This document shows, one piece after another, positions 1-9,664 of a stretch of 36,251 nt of DNA. Within the stretch, counting starts at the first letter, position 1, and each line of letters begins with the position of its first letter. Source of the DNA: Nemertoderma westbladi. Taxonomy: Eukaryota > Animalia > Xenacoelomorpha. The DNA is taken from assembly GCA_032718475.1 (NCBI GenBank), contig JAUCBJ010006111.1, positions 1 to 36,251 on the forward strand, read 5' to 3'. Below the pieces are notes generated by a model. The model saw only the letters and a program-made list of their open reading frames with translations. It made no database searches and was not told the origin of the DNA. Both the position numbers and the translations under genes were made by a program.

Positions 1-119
1 TATATCCCAACCCATCATTCTAAATCATTGTGTCTCAAGATTGGCTGATATAATTTTATATATATTTTTTTAGGTGTTTTAATATTTAAAGAAAGTGCTT
101 TGGTCATTCCATTCCTCAA

Positions 120-518
120 ATGGCTCCCTATGTATTATTATTACTCTTATCACTACACATTAATGTGGCAATGAGTGACGACTGTGCTCTTTCAGAGATC
201 CATGTAGAAGTGAGTGTTGAGGAATGTCTCCCGTGGAAGATTTAAGTTAATACATGCAGTGGAGATTGTCATTCACGCTCATTCGTTGGAGGAACAAGTT
301 CGAAAGAAAGATGGAATCGATTTTGTCAATGTTGCCAACCCACCAGGAATTTGATACGATTATTGGATGTACCATGTCGAGTTTACAATGCAGTAACTCA
401 AGAAATTCAAATCACCCGCCAAATACAACTACGAGCTCATACACCTACTGGATGTTCCTGCAGAATTACTTCATGTAATGGCGGAGAGGTAGCACCAGTT
501 CGTACAGCGATTGTCTAG
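120..518 (+). pseudogene. Bursicon-like secreted cystine-knot protein gene (glycoprotein hormone/DAN/CTCK superfamily), single exon, with one in-frame TAA at 243-245
   Basis: Manual translation from ATG 120: MAPYVLLLLLSLHINVAMSDDCALSEIHVEVSVEECLPWKI*VNTCSGDCHSRSFVGGTSSKERWNRFCQCCQPTRNLIRLLDVPCRVYNAVTQEIQITRQIQLRAHTPTGCSCRITSCNGGEVAPVRTAIV*. Hydrophobic signal-peptide-like N-terminus; 11 Cys in the pattern C..C..CxGxC..CxCC..C..CxC..C; AATAAA at 591-596; possible 5'UTR splice acceptor tttttttag ending at 73. Confidence 0.8.
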
Positions 519-1980
519 TCGAAATGCAATGTATCGGTAGTCCAAATTCGAGACATGAGAGAAAAAACAACTGTATGCTGATCAAACAAAAATAAATGTG
601 AATAGGTGAATTCATCATTAAATATTATATATTTTCGTGTTGTTGATGCTATGTCAAACTAAATACAATCTAAAAGACAGTGATTTCAATCATTAGCTAC
701 TTACTTTTCAACAAAGGTCCATTAATTTACGTGTGTATAGTATTAATTATTACTCAATAATTATGAAATATACTACAATTGCCTGGAAATTGTTTGATTA
801 GAATCATTGAATCTGTGGTACGAAGGTCACATACATAGGATTTTCCACTTGATCCGCTCAGTGCTCTTCTGAGGTCATTTTATTATCAATTGTTTATAAC
901 TAACTGCATTGGGAAACCGATCTTTCAAGACTGCTGATCTGGGCACCAATAAACCTCTCAAACAATAATCAGATGTTACAGAATGACTAAGAATAAGAGA
1001 TTAAGTACCTGTAACATTGGACTATTGGGAAGGATATAATTATGGGATGTAGTAAGATAATGTGGTATTTGTTCGTTTCTGTATTTGTATTAATCAAGAA
1101 CATAGGCAGAACAGATTGATATAGGTACAATATATGAAGAAACGACTTACTATCAAAGTAAGTTTATGCTACTCAAATGGTGTTACATACATATCGACTC
1201 ATCACTAGGATGCATTGCCGGCCACATCTCCACAGTTCATCAACCATGTCGATCACCAACTGATCACACCAATTAATCTGCTAATGTGTTTATATAATAC
1301 TAATTGTATCTTTTTTTCTGATCAGAATGTCAGGCATTACCACCAAGTTTCCTCTCACTGGCCTTTGTCCTTAACCATACCATGAACCCCATGTCACATC
1401 ATCGTGTATACTGTATATACCATCAATGGATCTGTGGCCTTCTGCTTCTGAGCAGAAGACAGCAGCACGGGATTTACTGCTGCCCGTAATAAATTTACCT
1501 TCAGAGAAGTTTTGATTCAAGGTTACTTCCATACACTTGAAGCCAAAAATTGGTTTATTTACAAGGTCATCTAAATTAAGAACGAAGTTACGACAATTCC
1601 CCACTCTCCCTGACAATTCTATACAATATTATAAATTTCAAATATATTATATAAATAGTTAGTAAAAAAGATTGACTATAATTATCCTTAACAAACTACA
1701 GTTAATGCAGTAAATAATGGACGAACTATGTTAACAATCAATGTTCGTATGCTAATTTTTAGAATAACATTTAAATGTTATTTATAAGAATTCAATAACT
1801 TAAAATTGCGAATAATGTAGATCCCAAAATTTTTTTGTAGGTGTGTTTATAAGTAATTTTTAATATCTATTACTTATTCTGGAGAACTTTTTAGTTTTCT
1901 ATAGAACATCATTACGTTTGCTACTATCACATCATCATGTATTCCCTTGTTCCCGTTGGAGATACCGGGCCTGTAGATGC

Positions 1981-2110
1981 TTTATTTTGTACATGGGGGG
2001 TCTATGTTTTGTACATGGGGGGGTCTTTATTTTGTACATGGGGGTCTATGTTTTGTACATGGGGGGGGGGTCTTTATTTTGTACATGGGGGGGGGTTATT
2101 TTGTACAGGT
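1981..2110. repeat. G-run minisatellite with ~21-25 bp units (T-rich)TTTTGTACATGGGGG(n)TC, about 6 copies
   Basis: Repeated ttttgtacatggggg, with units alternating between tttattttgtacat and tatgttttgtacat; explains the three overlapping ORFs at 1918-2258. Confidence 0.9.
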
Positions 2111-3674
2111 CTTGGGTCTTGGATCTTTGGTTTCTGTTTTGTACTCTACCTACAAATTCATCATATATAAAATTACAATAAAATTTCGACTGAAAAGTGA
2201 AAAGGGGCTGTTCACATATCTCACTAGTGGGGGGGGGGGGGGGGGGGTTCTACTTTAAACGTTACTATCTACCGTATTTAAGGAAGGGGGCCTTTGGGGA
2301 GACCTACAGTTTTTGGAGGATTAAAATACTTTTTGTTTATATATATATACATTGAAATAAATATATGATTAGTAAGTTCTTTTAATAAAATTTGAATTTA
2401 CTGCCAATTTTATTAAGATTTTTCTGAATAAATTTTTTTTAAGACGTAGCAATTTTCAAATTGTAACTACTACTCAGTCATTAATCAATTCGTTTAAAAT
2501 TTTCAGTGAATGGTCTTGACAAAGCTACCACAAAAAAATTGCAAAGCTACTATAACAATGTAGGAGTTCCAAGTCTGTTCTAGAATTTTTCCGACCTGAA
2601 AAATATATTTTTTTTTTAATTTGATGGATCTGAATTATTCGGGTCTTTATTTGAGGACACCAAATTCCTGCACTGAAAATTATAGATACTCTTTGTGATT
2701 ATTCTCTCCTATGTAATATCCTAACTCTAACACAATTTTTGTTGATATGAAAGTTATATTGTGTTGGAACTTTGATATTATCTTCAAATTATATACTTTG
2801 GAAAACTACGAAGATTTTTCAACATGTTTGCTCAAATTGTTGTTTCTGCATTTCATCTAGAGCAAAATTTAATGGGGATTACAAATCTGAAAACCTCTTT
2901 GTGAGCCCTCATTTAGTTCTTGAGTTGTAACTGTTTTTCCGTATGTCGGTCTGTCCGTCAAATTGTAAGAAAGACAGAAGACCGACAGACGGACAGACTA
3001 GATTCCACCAAACATTAAAAAATCAGCGAACCCAAATACCCCCAAAATAACAATTTTAGCTCGTTGGTGTGCATCCTTCGTGCCAGAAATAATTAACCAA
3101 CCAGAACACAGACAGCCAATTTTGGCGGGATGGTTTAAACTTTGAAGAACATTCTCTTGGAATGACATTTTTCATTTTCAAATTACAACTCCTCCGTCAT
3201 TTATCAACCTATTTTTTTTGGGTTATTTTGGGCTCATTCGAACGAGCTTTGGAAGCTCTTTAAAAGTTATCTTATGGAATTTTAATAAATATTACCATTT
3301 TGTGTAATTAGCCAATTTTAATTAAAAATATAATCATTTATTAATTAAATGAATTAATTAAAATAAAAATGGCTAATTAAAATTTCTATAAGATAACTTT
3401 TGTAGAATCGATGACGCTGAGTCCAAAAAAGTTAGTTTCATGAAATTTGGACCAATATTGAGGGACTAGTAGCATTTTTAGTGAAATATTTAATTCCGCC
3501 TCCAGCCGCTAGGGGGAGGCTATAAATTTTCAAACTTTCCTATATAGGCTATTTGGCCTTCCATACAGTGGTCGGCCATGACGAAATAGCAATATTATCC
3601 TAGAACACTAATTGACAGCCATTTTTAAAAAAAGGTTCATGGGGGGTATACTGTGAGAGTATACTGGAGAGAGT

Positions 3675-5416
3675 GTAACTGTAAAGAAAGGGCCGGGAGA
3701 ATGTAAATGTAAAGAAAGGGCCGAGAGAGTGTAAATGTAAAGAAAGGGCCGAGAGAGTGTAAATGTAAAGAAAGGGCCGAGAGAGTGTAAATGTAAAGAA
3801 AGGGCCAAAAGAGTGTAACTGTAAAGAAAGGGCCGAGAGAGTGTAAATGTAAAGAAAGGACCGAGAGAGTGTAAATGTAAAGAAAGGGCCGAGAGAGTGT
3901 AAATGTAAAGAAAGGGCCGAGAGAGTGTAAATGTAAAGAAAGGGCCGAGAGAGTGTAAATGTAAAGAAAGGGCCGAGAGAGTGTAAATGTAAAGAAAGGG
4001 CCGAGAGAGTGTAAATGTAAAGAAAGGGCCGAGAGAGTGTAAATGTAAAGAAAGGACCGAGAGAGTGTAAATGTAAAGAAAGGGCCGAGAGAGTGTAAAT
4101 GTAAAGAAAGGGCCGAGAGAGTGTAAATGTAAAGAAAGGGCTGAGAGAGTGTAAATGTAAAGAAAGGGCCGAGAGAGTGTAAATGTAAAGAAAGGGCCGA
4201 GAGAGTGTAAATGTAAATAAAGGGCCGAGAGGGTGTAAATGTAAAGAAAGGGCCGAGAGAGTGTAAATGTAAAGAAAGGGCCGAGAGAGTGTAAATGTAA
4301 AGAAAGGGCCGATAGAGTGTAAATGTAAATAAAGGGCCGAGAGATTGTAAATGTAAAGAAAGGGCCAAGAGAGTGTAAATGTAAAGAAAGGGCCGAGAGA
4401 GTGCAAATGTAAAGAAAGGGCCGAGAGAGTGTAAATATAAAGAAAGGGCCGAGAGAGTGTAAATGTAAAGAAAGGGCCGAGAGATTGTAAATGTAAAGAA
4501 AGGGCCGAGAGAGTGTAAATGTAAAGAAAGGGCCGAGAGATTGTAAATGTAAAGAAAGGGCCGAGAGAGTGCAAATGTAAAGAAAGGGCCGAGAGATTGT
4601 AAATGTAAAGAAAGGGCCGAGAGAGTGTAAATGTAAAGAAAGGGCCGAGAGAGTGCAAATGTAAAGAAAGGGCCGAGAGAGTGTAAATGTAAAGAAAGGG
4701 CCGAGAGAGTGTAAATGTAAAGAAAGGGCCGAGAGAGTGTAAATGTAAAGAAAGGGCCGAGAGAGTGTAAATGTAAAGAAAGGGCCGAGAGAGTGTAAAT
4801 GTAAAGAAAGGGCCGAGAGAGTGTAAATGTAAAGAAAGGGCCGAGAGAGTGTAAATGTAAAGAAAGGGCCGAGAGAGTGTAAATGTAAAGAAAGGGCCGA
4901 GAGAGTGTAAATGTAAAGAAAGGGCCGAGAGAGTGTAAATGTAAAGAAAGGGCTGAGAGAGTGTAAATGTAAAGAAAGAGCCGAGAGAGTGTAAATGTAA
5001 AGAAAGGGCCGAGAGAGTGTAGATGTAAAGAAAGGGCCGAGAGGGTGTAAATGAAAAGAAAGGGCCGAGAGAGTGTAAATGTAAAGAAAGGGCCGAGAGA
5101 GTGTAAATGTAAAGAAAGGGCTGATAGAGTGTAAATGTAAATAAAGGGCCGAGAGATTGTAAATGTAAAGAAAGGGCCGAGAGAGTGTAAATGTAAAGAA
5201 AGGGCCGAGAGAGTGTAAATGTAAAGAAAGGGCCGAGAGAGTGTAAATGTAAAGAAAGGGCCGAGAGAGTGTAAATATAAAGAAAGGGCCGAGAGAGTGT
5301 AAATTTAAAGAAAGGGCCGAGAGAGTGTAAATGTAAAGAAAGGGCCGAGACAGTGTAAATGTAAAGAAAGGGCCGAGAGAGTGTAAATGTAAAGAAAGGG
5401 CCGAGAGAGTGTAAAT
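3675..5416. repeat. 28-bp satellite array, consensus GTAAATGTAAAGAAAGGGCCGAGAGAGT, 62 full units plus 6 bp
   Basis: Directly visible; phase is conserved from 3675 to 5411 (62 x 28 bp), so there is no net indel; scattered point variants. Confidence 0.98.
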
Positions 5417-5593
5417 ATTGAGTTAGTTAAATAGGTAAATAGTAAGTTTTTACTACTGCTTACTACTGCTTTAAGTATTTACTACTGTTAAGTATACTGT
5501 CCCTTGTGTTGTCCCCTGACTGTCAGACATCCTGGCGCCAACGGGTATAGAGTAGAACTTAGAACTGCGTCACCTGCGTTTCTCCTACTCGCG

Positions 5594-8500
5594 ATGCCCT
5601 GCTGCACATGCAGTAGCTCCGGGTCGGGCCACCGCTGTAAGAGATGCACCTGCGTCACTGCGAGACGGGAGTGTACTAACTGCGCCCCGGGAAAGAAGGG
5701 GAAGTGTTCCAACGGTGGTGGGACATCTTCCTCGCAGCCGCTGCCTTCTCCTACCGAGATAATCGTATCCGTTCCAGGTTCACTTTCACTGTCGCAGCCA
5801 TTGCCAGCGGCTAGTGGTGGCGAGGAAGAAGATGACGAAGTTCAATGGCATGATACTTTGGTGGACTTCGATATAACTTTATCGGATACGACCAGCCATT
5901 TGGGTGTTCCAGTGGCCTTTGTGTCGGGTGTCCCCGTGGCAAGTACGGGTGGCCCCCTAGTCCCCACAGAGTCTGGTGTGGTCCCTCAAGTTCCCCCAGG
6001 GTCTACCCTTGGAATTCCCGTGGTTCCCCCAGTGTCTGGCGTTGGTCCCTATGGCCCCCTGGTTCTCCCAGGGTCTACAGTCTCCCCAGTGGTTCTTCCA
6101 GTGTCTGGAGTCACCCCAGTGGTTCCCGCAGGATCTGGTGTTGGCCCCCTGGTTCCCCCAGTGTCTGGAATCACCCTCCTGGTTCCCACAGTGTCTGGCG
6201 TTGGCCCCCTGGTTCTCCCAGTTTCTGAAGTCACCCACGTGGTTCCCCAAGTGTCCGGCGGTGGCCCACTGGTTCCCCCAGGATCTACAGTCTTACCAGT
6301 GGTTCCCCCAGGGTCTACAGTCTCCCCAGTGGTTCCCCCAGGGTCTACAGTTTCCCCAGTGGTTCTCCCAGGGTCTATAGTCTCCCCAGAGGTTCTCCCT
6401 GTGTCTGGAGTCACCCTCGTGGTTCCCCAAGTGTCTGGCGTTGCCTCCCGGGTTCTCCCAGGGTCGACAGTGTCCCCAGTGGTTCCCCCAGGGTCCACAG
6501 TCTCCCCAGTTGTTACCCCAGGGTCCACAGTCTGCCCAGTGGTTCTCCCACCACATGGCGTTGGCTCCTTGGTTCCGCCAGTGTCTGGAGTCACCCTCGT
6601 GGTGCCGCCAGTAGTGTCTGGAGCCACCCCCGTGCTTCCGCCAGTGTCTGGCGTTTGCCCCCTGGTTCTCCCAGGTATTAGAGTCTCTCCAGTGGTTCCC
6701 CCATTGTCTGGAGCGTCATCCGTTGTTCCCCCAGGGTCTGGTACCCAGGTCCCGAGGGTCACTGAAATTACATGGGGTCAGAAAAAACTACCCAAACTCC
6801 AGTTTTTTGAAGCTCTAGACAATGTGTACAACGAGGTGGTACATTGGCCCGCAAATCTATTTTTAGTGCCTCAGGGGGCGATTGGTCGACAATTAGTTGG
6901 GGAGATGTCGAGACTCATTGCTCTTGCATCTACGGAGAATCTGTTGACAGACGTTGCGGCGATTGCGCTAATGGTGTTACCTGCCCTGCTCCTTCAGAAA
7001 CCGAGTCGTTCTTCGACGGCGTCAACTCATCGTCGTGTTCTAGAACGGCTATTGGAGAGCTGGAGGGGAGGTGAGTTCGAAGAATTGGTGGTTGAGGCTC
7101 GTGCGATCCAGTATCACCTGCCGAAACGGCGGCAAACCGCTTCGCCAACCGTCGCCATGCAGAAGGCGTTCGTTCGCCATATGCTGACGGGGAATATTTC
7201 TGCCGCTACGAGATGCCTTAGTGAGGCTTACCGAGGAGCGCCAATGAAGTTGAACGACTCGTTTACTGATAAAGATGGCGTAATGAAGATCGTAGGTGAC
7301 GTATTGCGTCAGAAACACCCCCCAGCGCAACCGGCGGACGAGTCCATACTCATCTCGGAGTTTAGCGGTGCGCCGGAGCATCATGAAGTTATATTTGAGG
7401 CGATTAACGGGGAGGTGATTCTGTCGAGTTTACTCCGGATGAAGGGGAATGCCGCCGGGCCGTCCGGGTTGGATGTGCAGGGGTGGAAACACCTCCTGAC
7501 AAAGTTTCGGACGGAGTCAACCGGCCTGGCCAACCAGATTGCGGAGTGGGCGAAACAGATCGCGCAGAAGGTGGTTCCTCCGGATTCGATATCCGCGTTG
7601 CTAAACACGCGTCTACTGGCGCTCGATAAGAACCCCGGAGTTCGACCCGTAGTGATCGGAGAGGTTCTCCGTCGGGTCATCGGTAAGTCGATTATATACT
7701 GCATCCGTGAGGATCTCCAGGCTGTTGGAGGAGGGATTCAACTCTGTCTCGGCCAGAAAGCCGGCATTGAGTTCGCTATCCACAGCCTCAATGATGCGTT
7801 CGACGATGATGGCTGCGACGCAGTGCTACAGATAGACGCAACAAACGCGTTTAACGTTCTTAACAGACAGGCTGCGTTGCACAATATTCGCGCGGTGTGT
7901 CCGGCGTTACACACAGTCGTAACCAACTGCTACAGTCGCCCATCCCGGTTGTTTGTTGGCGGAGACTCCTTGCTCTCCGAGGAGGGTACTACCCAGGGTG
8001 ACCCGGTTGCCATGGCGATGTTTGGGAGCAGGACCTTGCCGTTTATCAGGACGTTGGGCGAGAGCTGTAAGATCCTTCAGCGATGGTTTGCGGATGATGG
8101 GAATGCGGCCGGGAAGCTCGTCGAACTGCGTAAGTACTGGGATATCGTGTCTCGACTTGGCCCGCTGTACGGATACTACCCGTCGAAGTGTCACCTAACT
8201 GTTAAGCTGGATAAGCGGGAGGAGGCCGAGGAATTATTTGCCAATACCGGCGTCATAATAAACACGGTTGGCCACGAACTCCTCGGCGGGGTTATCGGGA
8301 CGGAGGAGTTTCGACGCGAATATACCACGAAGAAAGTGGAGGAGTTTACGGCCCAGGTCGACCGGATCACCGACATAGCTGCGGTGGATCCCCACTGCGC
8401 GTACGCCGGGCTGGTGTTCGGTTTGTCGTGCCGGTGGCGGTACGTGTCGCGGGTAGTTCCTGGTGCAACCACCACTTCGGGAATCTCGAAGAGTCGGTAG

Positions 8501-9602
8501 AACTCTTCCTCTGCCAGATCACCGGCAGAGCGTCGATTACGTCGGAAGAAAGACTGCTGCTGTCCCTGCCAGTCCGGCACGGTGGATTGGGCGTTCCGGT
8601 TCCCGCCGACCTTGACGCACAGTACGGCAACTCGCGCGATATGTGCGAACCGTTTCATCTAGCCGATACCCATTCGATGTCGGTGATCCGGGAGCGGCAG
8701 AAGCTGGCATTGGCCGCGCTGAAAGTTCGTGGGGCGCTGCACCTGAAAACTAAAACAGAAGAGGTGTACAGGAATATCTCGCCAAACCAACGCAAGTTGT
8801 GTGAGTTAACCTCAGAGAAAGGCGCTTAACTTGGCTTAACACCAAACCGCTAACCCAAGTTCAAACTCACCTAGATAAGGAAGAGTTCCGAGACGCCCTG
8901 AGTCTACGTTACGGGTGGTCCCCTAAGGATCTCCCAGCTCGTTGTGCCTGTGGGGAGCGATTTTCCGCTTCGCATATTCTGTCGTGCCCTACTGGAGGTT
9001 TCCCCTCCATAAGGCACAACGAGATCCGCGATTTCGTGGCTGATTCCCTTACCGAGGTGGCGCACAATGTGGCAGTTGAGCCGATGCTCCAGCCACTGAC
9101 AGGCGAGCAGTTCGCCCTCCGATCCGCTTCGACTGACCAGCAGGCGCGGCTGGACGTTTCGGTGAGTGGCTTCTGGGGCAACCGCTTCCAGAGGACCTTC
9201 ATCGACGTTTCAGTATTTAACCCGCTGGCCGCTACGAACGCCGCCATGTCTTTGGATGCGAACCATCGCCATCACGAGGACCGAAAGATCCGGAAGTACG
9301 AGGAGTGGGTGAGGGAGGTTGAACACGGCAACTTCACTCCCCTCATCTTCACGGCTTTCGGCGGGATGTCCAAAGCCGCCACGCAGTTTGTTACTCGCCT
9401 GGCCCACAAGATCGCAGACAAAAGGGAGGTCCGGTACTCCGACAGTATTACCTGGGTTCGCCGGCGACTGAGTTTCACGTTGCTGAGGTCGTCGCTGCTC
9501 TGTTTGCGTGGCTGTAGATCAGCTTCTCGCCGCCCAGTCCGCTGCAATATCGCGGAGGCGTCCATTCTCCTGGCGAATGCAAACTCGGACCCAACAGGCT
9601 GA
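5594..9602 (+). pseudogene. Retrotransposon polyprotein: Cys cluster, V/P/G/S repeat, reverse transcriptase, zinc knuckle, RLE; frameshifts near 8470 and 8828
   Basis: Joins ORFs 5504..8500, 8428..8829 and the frame of 9036..9602. Motifs: AGPSGLD, LLALDKNPGVRPVVIGEVLRR, IDATNAFN, GTTQGDP, WFADD, LSLPVRHGGLG, EKGA/TWL, EFRDALSLRYGW, CACGERFSASHILSC, RHNEIRD, ARLDVSVSGFW, FIDVSVFNP, KIRKYE. Probable start is ATG 5594 (MPCCTC...). Confidence 0.9.
5900..6750 (+). repeat. Coding 30-bp minisatellite inside the retrotransposon ORF (decapeptides such as VVPPGSTVSP and VVPPVSGVGP), roughly 25-28 diverged units
   Basis: ggttccccca/ggttctccca recurs every 30 bp from about 6020 to 6560 and degenerates on either side; the reading frame stays open. 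Confidence 0.92.
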
Positions 9603-9664
9603 ATGGCAGTGCAGTGGTAGGCAGTGCAGTACACAGTACAGCAGTACATACTGTTTAAATAGCA

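Noticed and set aside
254-478. 74-aa ORF in the track
   Set aside because: Out-of-frame shadow of the cystine-knot frame at 120-518; no recognisable motif.
1371-1616. 81-aa minus-strand ORF or possible exon
   Set aside because: No recognisable domain; the plus-strand frames after the ag at 1325 close quickly.
3600-4658. 352-aa and 243-aa hydrophobic minus-strand ORFs (also those at 9752-10161 and 11422-11802)
   Set aside because: Artefacts of the stop-free pyrimidine-rich strand of the 28-bp satellite.
3675-5416. CRISPR-like array (28-bp repeats)
   Set aside because: The units are contiguous with no unique spacers, there are no cas genes, and the context is eukaryotic.
5419-5593. Self-cleaving ribozyme at the element 5' end, as in R2
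   Set aside because: I could not see a hammerhead CUGAUGA/GAAA core or an HDV-like fold by eye; an Infernal or RNArobo search is needed to exclude it.
5957-9649. Many antisense and alternate-frame ORFs inside the CRE-like element
   Set aside because: Expected shadows of a GC-rich coding sequence and its 30-bp repeat.
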